Positions 44,621-54,925 of a DNA stretch of 64,000 bases are shown piece by piece. How positions within the stretch are numbered: the stretch's first letter is position 1; the number at the start of each line of letters is the position of its first letter. Both the position numbers and the translations under genes were made by a program. The notes under the pieces were generated by a model. It had not been told where the DNA came from. It ran no database searches and saw only the letters and a program-made list of their open reading frames with translations. The stretch is from Acidimicrobiales bacterium (GTDB lineage: Bacteria > Actinomycetota > Acidimicrobiia > Acidimicrobiales > Aldehydirespiratoraceae): positions 192,181 to 256,180 of the forward strand of contig JAQWMR010000013.1 of the NCBI GenBank assembly GCA_029246685.1, given 5' to 3'.

Positions 44621-46432
44621 GTGACGACGACAGAGTCCCCCACCGACGATCTCGGCTTTGATCCCGATGCCCTGCGTGACAAGTACCGACGCGAGCGCGA
44701 CAAGCGACTGCGAGCCGACGGCAACGACCAGTACATCGAAGTCAAGGGCGACTTCGCCTACTTCGTCGACGACCCGTACATCGAAGACGACGAACGGATC
44801 GAGCGAGAGCCGATCACGGACGAGGTCGAGGTCGTCGTCATCGGCGGCGGGTTCGGCGGCCTGCTCGCAGGCGCCCGCCTGGCCGAAGCCGGCATCACGG
44901 ACGTCCACATCATCGAGAAGGGCGGCGGGTTCGGCGGCACCTGGTACTGGAACCGTTATCCCGGCGCGATGTGCGACATCGAGTCCTATATCTATCTGCC
45001 GCTGCTCGAAGAGACCGGGTTCATGCCAGCGGAGAAGTACACCAAGGCGAAGGAAATCCTCTCCCACAGCCGCGCGATCGGCGAGCACTACGGGCTCTAC
45101 GACAACGCGATCTTCCAGACAGAGGTGCTGGGTTCGGAGTGGGACGAATCCACCCGGCGCTGGACCGTGCGGACCAGCCGCGATGACGCGATCCGAGCCC
45201 GCTTCATCATCATGTCGAGCGGCCCGTTGCACCGACCGAAGCTTCCAGGCATCGAAGGAATCGACTCGTACCGCGGCCACTCGTTCCACACGAGCCGCTG
45301 GGACTACGACTACACCGGTGGCGACCCGGAAGGGAACCTCACAGGCCTCGCCGGCAAGCGAATCGGCATCATCGGTACCGGGGCGACCGCCGTCCAGTGC
45401 GTCCCCCACCTCGGAGCAGCAGCCGAGCAGCTCTACGTCTTCCAACGCACGCCGTCGTCGATCGACGTGCGCGACAACAGCCTGACGGACCCGGAATGGG
45501 CGGCCTCGCTGGAGCCCGGTTGGCACCGCGAGCGCATGGACAACTTCAACACGCTGGTCTCAGGTGGGTTCACCGACAAGGACCTCGTCATGGACGGCTG
45601 GACGTCCATCATTGGCAAGTTCATCGACATCGCGAAGAAGCAGGGCGACGGCTTCTCCATTGCCAACGTCGGTCAGACGATGGAGCTCGCGGACTACGTG
45701 AAGATGAACGAGATCCGATCTCGCGTCGATTCGATCGTTACTGATGTCGACACCGCCGAAGCACTGAAGCCCTGGTATCGACAGTTCTGCAAGCGCCCGT
45801 GTTTCCACGACGAGTATCTCGACACCTTCAACCACGCGAACGTCGAACTGGTCAACACCGACGGCCGCGGGATCGACAGCATCACCGAGAAGGGCATCGT
45901 CGCGAACGGGGTCGAGTACGAGGTCGACTGCTTGATATTCGCCACAGGCTTCGAAGTCGGGACCTCCTACACCCGGCGGTCCGGAATGGATCTCAGCGGT
46001 GTGGGCGGCGTGACCCTCGGCGACAAATGGGACACCGGCGTTCGCACGTTCCACGGTGCATTCAGCCACGGCTTTCCCAACGCGTTCATCGTCAGTCACG
46101 TGCAGGGCGGCTTCACGGCGAACTTCCCACACAACCTCGACGAGGTCAGTTCGCACATCGCCTACGTCATTGCCGAACTGAAGGCTCGGGGGTGCGACCG
46201 CGTCGAGGCCACACAAGAGGCAGAGGACGCCTGGGTCGACGAGATCATCGAGACCGCACGCGATGCCGCCGACTTCCTCGAGAGCTGCACGCCGGGCTAC
46301 TACAACAACGAGGGCAACCCGTCCGTCCGTGCGGTACAGAACGGCAGCTACGGCAAGGGCAGCCTCGAGTTCTTCGCCCTCATCGATCGCTGGCGCCAAG
46401 ACGGCGACCTCGCCGGGCTCGACCTCAGCTGA
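44621..46432 (+). CDS. Type I Baeyer-Villiger (flavin-containing) monooxygenase
   Basis: VVVIGGGFGGLLAG FAD motif, GGTWYWNRYPGAMCD, FHTSRWDYD (BVMO fingerprint) and IIGTGATAVQ. The ORF is open from 44558, and I prefer GTG 44621 because it lies downstream of the inverted repeat. Confidence 0.85.
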   Translation: MTTTESPTDDLGFDPDALRDKYRRERDKRLRADGNDQYIEVKGDFAYFVDDPYIEDDERIEREPITDEVEVVVIGGGFGGLLAGARLAEAGITDVHIIEKGGGFGGTWYWNRYPGAMCDIESYIYLPLLEETGFMPAEKYTKAKEILSHSRAIGEHYGLYDNAIFQTEVLGSEWDESTRRWTVRTSRDDAIRARFIIMSSGPLHRPKLPGIEGIDSYRGHSFHTSRWDYDYTGGDPEGNLTGLAGKRIGIIGTGATAVQCVPHLGAAAEQLYVFQRTPSSIDVRDNSLTDPEWAASLEPGWHRERMDNFNTLVSGGFTDKDLVMDGWTSIIGKFIDIAKKQGDGFSIANVGQTMELADYVKMNEIRSRVDSIVTDVDTAEALKPWYRQFCKRPCFHDEYLDTFNHANVELVNTDGRGIDSITEKGIVANGVEYEVDCLIFATGFEVGTSYTRRSGMDLSGVGGVTLGDKWDTGVRTFHGAFSHGFPNAFIVSHVQGGFTANFPHNLDEVSSHIAYVIAELKARGCDRVEATQEAEDAWVDEIIETARDAADFLESCTPGYYNNEGNPSVRAVQNGSYGKGSLEFFALIDRWRQDGDLAGLDLS

Positions 46433-47054
46433 CACCGAGTCGAGCGGTTACGGATTCAGAATCGACGGACGCGTCGATTCCGTCGCGGGCTCGCAGCCAT
46501 TCGGCATTGCGGCGATGAAGGTCGTTGGTGGCGTCGAACCGATTAAGCATCGTGATCGGCACGATAGGAGCCAGTGCCTCGTGCGCGAGGCGAACACGAT
46601 CGATCGTGCCGAGTTCGGCATCGGCAACCAGAACGACGTGTTCGGGCGCCAGGATGGAGATGGCATGGACGCAGTCCGCATCCTCCGCAACGGGCGAGCG
46701 TACGCCCCCAACCAACTCGACGAAGCCGATGTCCGCGTCCTCGGGCCACGCCAACTCGGCGGCGAGTTCGCTCCAGGACGGTGATGGCAGACCGAGGGCG
46801 TCGGCCGCCATCGGTGGCGCCATCGGCGTCCGCAGCCACCGATGCGGCGGGCACACCGTCTCCGGGTCGTCACCGCTCGCTGCGGCGAGGACATCGGCGT
46901 CGGTCGGGTGTGGATCGTCCGGATCGAACGACTGGATCGGCTTGCGCGCCACCGCTCGTACTCCGGTGGTCGTCAATGAGCGCAGCAGCTCTGCGGTTAC
47001 CCAGGTCTTGCCGACCTCGGTGTGGGTGCCGACCACGGCGCAGGTGATCATCAC
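46425..47054 (-). CDS. bioD: Dethiobiotin synthetase
   Basis: VVGTHTEVGKTWV P-loop. 209 aa. GTGA overlap with bioF. Confidence 0.85.
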   Translation of the reverse strand: MMITCAVVGTHTEVGKTWVTAELLRSLTTTGVRAVARKPIQSFDPDDPHPTDADVLAAASGDDPETVCPPHRWLRTPMAPPMAADALGLPSPSWSELAAELAWPEDADIGFVELVGGVRSPVAEDADCVHAISILAPEHVVLVADAELGTIDRVRLAHEALAPIVPITMLNRFDATNDLHRRNAEWLRARDGIDASVDSESVTARLGVS

Positions 47055-48178
47055 TCCAGGCCGAGGTCTTCGAGTGTCGCCACCAGTCGGTCCACTTGCT
47101 CGTCGGTGTGCGCCGAGCTGAACGTCAGTCGGAGCCGCGATGTTCCTGGCGCCACCGTGGGTGGACGTATGGCGGGGACAAGCATCCCCTCGGCGAGTAA
47201 GGCAGTAGCTGCGTCGACTGCAGCCTGCTCCGCGCCCACGATGATCGGGACGATGGGCGACGCGTGGCCCGGTCGGAGACGGTCGGTGTGCTTTCGGACT
47301 CGCTCGACGAGCTCGGCGCCGTCAGGGCCGCGAAGGATGCGAATCGCTTCGAGCGCCGCGGCCGCGTCGGCCGGCGTGAGCCCGGTCGTGAAGATGAACG
47401 ACCGCGCCTTGTTCACGAGCAGATCGACCACCGCGCGACTGGCGCACGCAGCTCCCCCGAGCGCTCCGAGGCCCTTCGAGAGAGTGACGACCCGGACCAG
47501 ATCGAGATCGGGGTCCGCCGCGACCGGCTCGATGTCCGGACCGAAGACCGAATGGGCCTCGTCCAGGACCAGAAGGGCCCCGTGACGAACACACACCTCT
47601 GCGAGCTCGGCCACGTGGGCCTCGTTGCCGTCCATCGAGAAGACCGCGTCGGCGACGACGATCGCCCGGTCGAGCTCGTTCTCGGTGAGGAGAGCGTCAA
47701 CGTGATCGACATCGTTGTGGCGGGCGATCGCCGAGAGGGATCGGCTCATGCGACACCCGTCGATGATCGATGCGTGGTTCAACTCATCGCTGACGATCAG
47801 GCAGTCGGTGCCGCCGAGGGTCGAGAGCACGCCGACGTTTGTCGCGAATCCGGTGGGAAAGACGAGCGCGGCCTCGGTCTGCTTCCAATCGGAGAGCTCC
47901 GCCTCGAGATCGTCGTGCACCGGGCGAGACCCGACGATCAAGCGGCTCGCGGTGGCACTCGTACCCCATTGCTCGATTGCCGCGATCGCGGCATCCATCA
48001 CCCGGCGATCGCTCGCGAGGCCGAGGTAGTCATTGCTGGCGAAATTGACGACCTCGCGACCATCGAGCGCGCCGATGGGACCAAGCGCATCGAACGTTCG
48101 GTTCACGCGCCACCGGTCTGCCGCTCGGACCTGGTCGAGTTGTGCATCGACCCATCCGGCGAACTCGTTCGCACTCAC
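47051..48178 (-). CDS. bioF: 8-amino-7-oxononanoate synthase
   Basis: Alpha-oxoamine synthase pattern (NDYLGL, DEAHS, TLSKGLG with PLP Lys). GTGA overlap with bioA. Confidence 0.9.
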   Translation of the reverse strand: MSANEFAGWVDAQLDQVRAADRWRVNRTFDALGPIGALDGREVVNFASNDYLGLASDRRVMDAAIAAIEQWGTSATASRLIVGSRPVHDDLEAELSDWKQTEAALVFPTGFATNVGVLSTLGGTDCLIVSDELNHASIIDGCRMSRSLSAIARHNDVDHVDALLTENELDRAIVVADAVFSMDGNEAHVAELAEVCVRHGALLVLDEAHSVFGPDIEPVAADPDLDLVRVVTLSKGLGALGGAACASRAVVDLLVNKARSFIFTTGLTPADAAAALEAIRILRGPDGAELVERVRKHTDRLRPGHASPIVPIIVGAEQAAVDAATALLAEGMLVPAIRPPTVAPGTSRLRLTFSSAHTDEQVDRLVATLEDLGLE

Positions 48179-49503
48179 GGGGTGGACTCCACGACGGCCA
48201 GCATGGCACCGACGATGGCGTCGAGGTCTTCCGGGGAACTGACGTAGGGGGGCATCGTGTAGAGGAGCTTGCCGAACGGGCGAAGCCAGACCCCGCGACC
48301 CAGGAGAATGCGCTGACTCTCCACCATGTCGACCGGTTGGGCCATCTCGATGACACCGATCGCGCCCAGGACCCGGACGTCGGCGACGCCTGCGAACGAG
48401 CGGGCGGCTTCAAGCCCACCGACGAGCGTTGCTTCGATACCGCCTACCTCAGCGCGCCAGTCCCGTACCGAGAGCTGCTCGAGCGACGCATTGGCGACGG
48501 CAGCGGCGAGCGGATTGCCCATGAACGTCGGCCCGTGCATCAGCGCGCCGGACTCGGCCGCGCTCACGCCCTCGGCCACGGCCGTGGTGCACAGGGTCGC
48601 CGCCATTGACATGTAGCCGCCGGTCAGTGCCTTCCCGACGCACATCACGTCCGGTGAGACACCGGCGTGGTCGCAACCGAAAAGCTCCCCGCTGCGGCCG
48701 AAGCCGGTGGCAATCTCGTCGGCGATCAGGAGTACGCCGTGTTCGTCGCAGAGACGACGGACCGCAGCGAGGTACTCCGGCGCGTAGAACCGCATGCCGC
48801 CGGCGCCCTGCACGACCGGCTCCAGGATGATCCCTGCGATCTCGTGCGAGTGATCTGCGAGCATCGATTCCAAGTCCGCGATGTCCCCATTCGTGAACGT
48901 CGCTCCGAAGACCGGCTCGGGAGCCGGCGCGAAGAGCTGCTGCGGGAGGATGCCGGCGAACATCGAGTGCATGCCGTTGACCGGGTCACAGACCGACATA
49001 CAGGCCAGCGTGTCGCCGTGATAGCCGGCGCGGACGGTCAGCAGCTTGGAGCGCTCAGGCCGGCCGATCCCGCGCATGTACTGCAGGGACATCTTGATCG
49101 CGACCTCGACCGAAACCGATCCGGAGTCGGCGAGGAAGACGTGCTCGAGGCCCGCGGGAGACATCTCGACGAGTCGCTCGACGACTTCGATCGCGGCTGG
49201 ATGCGTGATTCCGCCGAACATGACGTGGGCGAGCTCGTCCACCTGTCGGTGAAGCGCCTCATCGAGCGCCGGATGGCGGTACCCGTGGATCGCCGCCCAC
49301 CAGGAAGACATTCCGTCGACGGCCTCTCGTCCGTCGGCCAGCCGGAGCCGAGTGCCCTCGGCGGCGACGACCGGAATCACCGGAGCCGTTCCCGGCATCG
49401 GTGAATACGGATGCCAGACGCGGGCGCTGTCGCGGCGCTGGAGGTTGTCGGCATCGAACACCGGCGAACTGTAGATCGGCCCGTCCATTCCTGTCCCGTT
49501 CAA
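48175..49503 (-). CDS. bioA: Adenosylmethionine-8-amino-7-oxononanoate aminotransferase
   Basis: Class III aminotransferase (WHPYS, ADEIATGFGRSG, CVGKALTGG). The track start 49503 is a TTG, and ATG 49488 (MDGPIYSS) is an alternative. Confidence 0.9.
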   Translation of the reverse strand: MNGTGMDGPIYSSPVFDADNLQRRDSARVWHPYSPMPGTAPVIPVVAAEGTRLRLADGREAVDGMSSWWAAIHGYRHPALDEALHRQVDELAHVMFGGITHPAAIEVVERLVEMSPAGLEHVFLADSGSVSVEVAIKMSLQYMRGIGRPERSKLLTVRAGYHGDTLACMSVCDPVNGMHSMFAGILPQQLFAPAPEPVFGATFTNGDIADLESMLADHSHEIAGIILEPVVQGAGGMRFYAPEYLAAVRRLCDEHGVLLIADEIATGFGRSGELFGCDHAGVSPDVMCVGKALTGGYMSMAATLCTTAVAEGVSAAESGALMHGPTFMGNPLAAAVANASLEQLSVRDWRAEVGGIEATLVGGLEAARSFAGVADVRVLGAIGVIEMAQPVDMVESQRILLGRGVWLRPFGKLLYTMPPYVSSPEDLDAIVGAMLAVVESTP

Positions 49504-49565
49504 GCTGTTTTGAGCTCTCCGGTAAGAATTGTCCGCCTTCCGTTACCTCTCTAGTCTGCGCCCCG

Positions 49566-51212
49566 ATGACGAACACGCTTCTCGCTCCCGTCATTCGGTC
49601 GATGCTCGACACGAATGACGCCCAGTTCTTCCAGAACAGAGACGACATGCGCGAGCAGCTCGCCGTGATGGAGGAATTGCTCGACGAAGCAGAGGCCGGG
49701 GGCGGCCCCGACCGTATGGCGCGGCTCCGCGGTCGCGGCAAGCTTCCGATCCGCGAACGCATCGCCAACGTCTTGGACCCGGACTCCCCGTTCCTCGAGA
49801 TCAGTCCGCTCGCCGCCTACAAGAGCGACTACGTCATGGGCGGCGGCATGGTCGTGGGCATCGGCGTGATCGCCGGTGTCGAGTGCGTGATCATGGGCAA
49901 CGACCCCACGGTTCTCGCCGGAGCGTTGACTCCCTACGCAGCCAAGAAGTGGATGCGAGCGCTCGAGATTGCTCGCGACAACAAGATCCCCTATGTCAGC
50001 TTCGTGGAGTCCGCGGGCGGCGACCTTCGAGTCGAGACGGGCGGCGACGACGGGCGGCGCCGCGTGCAAACCGACCACTTCGCAGAGTCCGGTCGCTTCT
50101 TCTACGAGATGATCGAGCTGTCGAAGATGCGCATCCCCACGGTGTGCGTCGTGTTCGGCTCATCGACGGCCGGCGGCGCCTACCAGCCCGGCCTGAGCGA
50201 CTACACGATCATGGTGAAGGAGCAGTCGAAGATGTTCCTCGGTGGTCCTCCGCTCGTGAAGATGGCCACAGGCGAGGAGACGGACGACGAGACGATGGGC
50301 GGTGCAGAGATGCACTCCACCGTCTCCGGGGGCGGTGACTACTTCGCCGAGGACGAGATGGATGCGCTGCGGATGTGCCGGGAGGTCGTGTCCCACCTCA
50401 ACTGGCGGAAGGCAGGGCCTGAGCCCGCGTTCGCCGCGGAACCACCGGCCTACGACCCGGAGGAGTTGCTCGGCATCGTCAGCCGGGATCTGGTAAAGCC
50501 GGTCGACTGCCGCGATGTGATCGCCCGTGTGGTCGACGGGTCCCGATTCGAGGAGTTCAAGCCCCGGTGGGGTTCCACGCTGGTTGCAGGCTGGGCGTCG
50601 ATTCACGGTTACCCCGTGGGCATCCTCAGTAACAACGGGCCGCTCTATCCGGACTCCGCGCAGAAGGCAGCGCACTTCGTTCAGCTGAACAACCACATCG
50701 ATGTGCCGCTGATCTTCCTGCAGAACATCACCGGCTACATGGTGGGCAAGGACTTCGAGGCGGACGGCATCATCAAGAAGGGATCGCAGATGATCAACGC
50801 GATCACCAACTCGACGGTGCCGCACCTCACCGTGATTCTCGGCTCGTCCTACGGGGCAGGCACGTACGGCATGTCGGGGCGGGCGTTCGGCAATCGGTTC
50901 ACCTTCATCTGGCCGACCGCGAAGATCGCCGTCATGGGCCCGAAGCAGATTGCCGGCGTGATGAGTCAGGTCCGGCGAGGACAAGCGGAGCGGGCCGGTG
51001 TGCCCTTCGACGAGGAAGAGGATGCCGCGACGGTGGCGGCCGTCGAGGCGATTCAAGAGGAGGGATCCTTGGCGTTGCGGGCCTCCGGAGCAATCTCCGA
51101 CGACGGGATAATCGATCCTCGCGACACCCGGGACGTACTCGGCATGTGCCTCTCCGTAGTGAGGACGACTCCCATCGAGGGCACCGAGGGTTATGGGGTG
51201 TTCCGACTGTGA
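49566..51212 (+). CDS. Acyl-CoA carboxylase carboxyltransferase (beta) subunit, MccB/AtuC-like
   Basis: ORF trimmed to ATG 49566. GKLPIRERI, VIMGNDPTVLAGAL, FGSSTAGGAY and LGSSYGAGTYGM. Confidence 0.9.
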   Translation: MTNTLLAPVIRSMLDTNDAQFFQNRDDMREQLAVMEELLDEAEAGGGPDRMARLRGRGKLPIRERIANVLDPDSPFLEISPLAAYKSDYVMGGGMVVGIGVIAGVECVIMGNDPTVLAGALTPYAAKKWMRALEIARDNKIPYVSFVESAGGDLRVETGGDDGRRRVQTDHFAESGRFFYEMIELSKMRIPTVCVVFGSSTAGGAYQPGLSDYTIMVKEQSKMFLGGPPLVKMATGEETDDETMGGAEMHSTVSGGGDYFAEDEMDALRMCREVVSHLNWRKAGPEPAFAAEPPAYDPEELLGIVSRDLVKPVDCRDVIARVVDGSRFEEFKPRWGSTLVAGWASIHGYPVGILSNNGPLYPDSAQKAAHFVQLNNHIDVPLIFLQNITGYMVGKDFEADGIIKKGSQMINAITNSTVPHLTVILGSSYGAGTYGMSGRAFGNRFTFIWPTAKIAVMGPKQIAGVMSQVRRGQAERAGVPFDEEEDAATVAAVEAIQEEGSLALRASGAISDDGIIDPRDTRDVLGMCLSVVRTTPIEGTEGYGVFRL

Positions 51213-53161
51213 GTCGATTCCACACACTTCTCGTTGCGAACCGGGGCGAGATCGCTTGCCGCGTCTTCCGATCAGCCCGCGGTATGGGCCTGCGCACTGT
51301 CGCGGTCTTCGTCGAGGCCGACGCCGAGGCGTTGTTCGTCGCGGAGGCCGACGAGGCCATACGTATCGAGTCGTATCTCGACGGCGATGCCATCGTTGCG
51401 GCGGCCCAGGCCACTGGGGCCGGCGCAATCCATCCGGGCTACGGGTTCCTGGCCGAGAACGCCGGGTTCGCCACTGCCGTGTCCGCAGCGGGAATCGCCT
51501 GGGTCGGCCCGTCCGCCGACACGATCACGTCCATGGGCGACAAGATCGAGGCGAAGAAGCTCGCTGTCGCGGCGGGCGTACCCGTTCTCCAGTCCACGGT
51601 TGAGGCGAGCGAGTTTGAGTCGATCGGCTATCCGATCCTCATCAAAGCGGCCGCCGGTGGAGGCGGGAAGGGAATGCGAGTCGTCGAGTCCAGCGATGAG
51701 TTCGACGACGCCATCGCGGCCGCTCAGCGCGAGGCCCTTTCGGGCTTCGGGGACGATCGCGTCTTCGCCGAGCGCTATGTCGCCCGCTCGCGCCACATCG
51801 AGATCCAGATCCTCGGCGACAGCCACGGGAATCTGGTGCACCTGGGCGAGCGCGAGTGCTCGATTCAGCGCCGTCACCAGAAAGTGATCGAAGAAAGCCC
51901 CTCGCCGTTCGTCAGCGATGAGATGCGCACGGCCATGGGCGACGCTGCCCTCTCGCTGGCCCGCGATCTGGGTTACGAGTCAGCGGGAACGGTCGAGTTC
52001 CTCGTGGATGACGAGAGCGGCGAGTTCTTCTTCCTGGAGGTCAACACCCGGCTTCAAGTCGAGCACCCAGTGACTGAAGAAGTGACGGGCATTGATCTCG
52101 TCCGCGAGCAGCTCCGGATCGCAATGGGTGAAGAGCTCGGCTACGACCAGGAGGACATCTCCTGCTCCGGCCACTCGATAGAGGCTCGGCTCTACGCAGA
52201 GGATCCCGCCAACGGCTTCCTGCCGGCGATCGGCACGTTGGACGCGTATGAGCCGGCGCCGGAGCCCGCCGTCCGATGGGACACCGGCGTGGGCGCCGGA
52301 AGCACGATCACGGTGGACTTCGATCCCATGATCGCCAAGGTGATCGCCACGGGCCCGACGCGCGCCGAAGCGGCAGGCACGTTGGCCCTCGCGCTCGAAC
52401 GTCTCCATCTCGGCGGCACCGTCACCAACCGTGACTTCCTCGCGGCGGTCCTGCGCCAGCCGGCGTTCCTCGCCGGCGACACCACCACCGATTTCATCGA
52501 GCGGGTCGAGCCGGCCCGTAGCCGCGAGATCGGAGATGGCGAACGCGAGTGGCTGCTCGTGGCCGCGACGATGTGGCTCCAGGGTGACAATCGCGCCCAC
52601 GCCACAACGCTGCAGACCATGCCGAGCGGCTTTCGGATCGGACGTCTCGCGCCCGAGCGGGTGCAGTTCGGCCACGGCGACGACGAGCACGTCGTCTACT
52701 ACCGGCACAACCGCGACCACTCGTTCCGGATCGGCCAGGTCGAATCCACCGGCAGTGCGACGGTCCACGCGTGGGCGCCCGGGGAGCTCGATGTCGAGTA
52801 CCAGGACCGCCGCCGCGTCGTCCGGGTCACCTACGAGGGAGGCAACCTTCACCTCACGAGCGGGGCCGGCGGTATCAGCGTGAGTGTGCTGCCTCGGTTC
52901 TCCGTGCCCGAGCCAGAGGTTCCAGGCGGTGCAGTGGCCGCGCCCATGCCCGGGAAAGTCATCGAGATCCGGGTCAACGTCGGGGACACCGTCGAGGCGG
53001 GACAGGTCGTGGCTGTGCTCGAGGCCATGAAGATGGAGAACCATCTACGCGCGGCGGAAGATGGGACTGTCACCGAGATCCTGGCTGCAGTCGGAGAACA
53101 GGTCGAAAAGGATGCGCTCCTGATGGTGGTCGACGATGGAAGCGAGGCCGAGGATGACTGA
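51209..53161 (+). CDS. Acyl-CoA carboxylase alpha subunit (biotin carboxylase + BCCP), MccA/AtuF-like
   Basis: GTG 51209 overlaps the upstream stop. LLVANRGEIACRV, ATP-grasp motifs and the C-terminal biotinyl motif EAMKMEN. Confidence 0.9.
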   Translation: MSRFHTLLVANRGEIACRVFRSARGMGLRTVAVFVEADAEALFVAEADEAIRIESYLDGDAIVAAAQATGAGAIHPGYGFLAENAGFATAVSAAGIAWVGPSADTITSMGDKIEAKKLAVAAGVPVLQSTVEASEFESIGYPILIKAAAGGGGKGMRVVESSDEFDDAIAAAQREALSGFGDDRVFAERYVARSRHIEIQILGDSHGNLVHLGERECSIQRRHQKVIEESPSPFVSDEMRTAMGDAALSLARDLGYESAGTVEFLVDDESGEFFFLEVNTRLQVEHPVTEEVTGIDLVREQLRIAMGEELGYDQEDISCSGHSIEARLYAEDPANGFLPAIGTLDAYEPAPEPAVRWDTGVGAGSTITVDFDPMIAKVIATGPTRAEAAGTLALALERLHLGGTVTNRDFLAAVLRQPAFLAGDTTTDFIERVEPARSREIGDGEREWLLVAATMWLQGDNRAHATTLQTMPSGFRIGRLAPERVQFGHGDDEHVVYYRHNRDHSFRIGQVESTGSATVHAWAPGELDVEYQDRRRVVRVTYEGGNLHLTSGAGGISVSVLPRFSVPEPEVPGGAVAAPMPGKVIEIRVNVGDTVEAGQVVAVLEAMKMENHLRAAEDGTVTEILAAVGEQVEKDALLMVVDDGSEAEDD

Positions 53162-54923
53162 GTCGACGGGGAGGGAACCGATCCGTATCGCGAACTGTTC
53201 GGGCTTCTACGGCGACCGCCGTAGCGCGGCCCGCGAGATGGTCGAGGACGGCCCCATCGATGCGCTCACGGGTGACTGGCTCGCCGAGCTGACCATGCTG
53301 ATCCTGGCCCGCACGCAGGCGAAGAGGCCGGGAAGCGGCTTCGCCCGCACCTTCGTGCAGCAGATGGAGGAGGTGATGGGGACGTGTCTGGACCGCGGCA
53401 TCAAGGTCGTCTCCAATGCCGGCGGACTCGACGCCGATCACTGCGCAGAAGCGGTCCAGGAGGTGGCCGACAAGCTCGGTCTCTCCCCCACCATCGCCTA
53501 CGTCAACGGCGACAACCTTCTTCGCCGCCTCGGCGAGTTCGACGATGCCGGTATCGACATCATGAACTTCGAGACCGGCGAGCCCGTCGCCGCGGTCGAC
53601 TACATCTCGGCCAACGCATACCTCGGCGCCTGGGGCATCGTCGATGCGCTGAACCGCGGTGCCGACATCGTGGTGACCGGTCGCACGACCGATGCAGCCA
53701 TCGTGTGCGGTCCAGCAGCGTGGCACCACGGCTGGACGAGAGAACAGCTCGACGAGATGGCCGGAGCAGTGGTTGCCGGGCACGTGATCGAATGCGGCAC
53801 GCAGGCCACGGGTGGCAACTACTCGTTCTTCACCGAGATCGACGGACTCGAACGGCCAGGGTTCCCGTGGGCCGAGATCGCGGCGGACGGAAGCTCCGTG
53901 ATCGGTAAACACGACGGCACCGGGGGCGGAGTCACGGTGGGCACCGTCACCTCGCAGCTGCTCTACGAGATCGGCGGCCCGGGCTACCTCGGGCCCGACG
54001 TCACCGCTCGGTTCGACACGATCGAACTCGAGCAGTTGGACCGAGACCGCGTCCGCGTCAGCGGTACCAAGGGCGCAGCGCCTCCAGAGACGCTGAAGGT
54101 GTCGATGAACAGCTGGGGCGGCTTCCGTTCAGACATGACCATCGGGCTCACCGGCCTCGACATCGAGGAGAAGGCGGCTCTCGTACAACGCGCGTTCTGG
54201 CGAGCCTGTCCCCTCGACCCGGAGGACTTCGAGAGCGTTACGACCACTGTGGTGCGAACCGAGAAGGACGACCCGGCAAGCAACGAAGAGGCCGTTGCGG
54301 CCTGGCGGCTCACCGTGAAGGATCAAGACGAGCGCAAGGCCAAGGCGGTCGCCCGCGGGATGAACGACCTCGCGCTTGCGAGCATTCCCGGATTCTTCGG
54401 TCCGGGGGGAGGCGGCGTCGGCAAACCGTTCGGGGTCCACACATCCGGTCTCGTGCCCCGCGACCTCGTGCCGCAGCACGTCGTCGTCGGCGGCGAGCGG
54501 ACTATCGTCGACTCCGACGCGCCGACGTCGGACCCCGAGGTCGCGCCGCTCACACCCTCACTCCCCGCGCCGCCGGACGGGCCGACCACCCGCGCACCGC
54601 TCGGACTGGTCGCCGGCTCTCGGTCTGGCGACAAGGGCGGCAACGCGAACCTCGGCGTCTTCGTCCGTTCGCCCGAGGCGTATTCGTGGCTCGACGAGAC
54701 GCTGACGACGGACAAGCTCCGCGAGCTGATGCCGGAGGCCGCGGGGCTCGAAATCGAGCGGTTCCCGCTGCCGAACATCCTCTCTATCAACTTCCTGATC
54801 CACGGCATCCTGCAGGACGGAGTGGCGTCGTCCACTCGCCAGGACGGCCAGGCCAAGGGGCTCGGCGAGTGGCTCAGGGCCCGCCACGTCGACATTCCCG
54901 ACTCTCTCCTCGAAGAAGTCTGA
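53154..54923 (+). CDS. AtuA-like protein (DUF1446, acyclic terpene utilisation family)
   Basis: ORF trimmed to ATG 53154. IRIANCSGFYGDR, PIDALTGDWLAELTM, GHVIECGTQATGGN. Confidence 0.8.
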   Translation: MTESTGREPIRIANCSGFYGDRRSAAREMVEDGPIDALTGDWLAELTMLILARTQAKRPGSGFARTFVQQMEEVMGTCLDRGIKVVSNAGGLDADHCAEAVQEVADKLGLSPTIAYVNGDNLLRRLGEFDDAGIDIMNFETGEPVAAVDYISANAYLGAWGIVDALNRGADIVVTGRTTDAAIVCGPAAWHHGWTREQLDEMAGAVVAGHVIECGTQATGGNYSFFTEIDGLERPGFPWAEIAADGSSVIGKHDGTGGGVTVGTVTSQLLYEIGGPGYLGPDVTARFDTIELEQLDRDRVRVSGTKGAAPPETLKVSMNSWGGFRSDMTIGLTGLDIEEKAALVQRAFWRACPLDPEDFESVTTTVVRTEKDDPASNEEAVAAWRLTVKDQDERKAKAVARGMNDLALASIPGFFGPGGGGVGKPFGVHTSGLVPRDLVPQHVVVGGERTIVDSDAPTSDPEVAPLTPSLPAPPDGPTTRAPLGLVAGSRSGDKGGNANLGVFVRSPEAYSWLDETLTTDKLRELMPEAAGLEIERFPLPNILSINFLIHGILQDGVASSTRQDGQAKGLGEWLRARHVDIPDSLLEEV

Positions 54924-54925
54924 AC

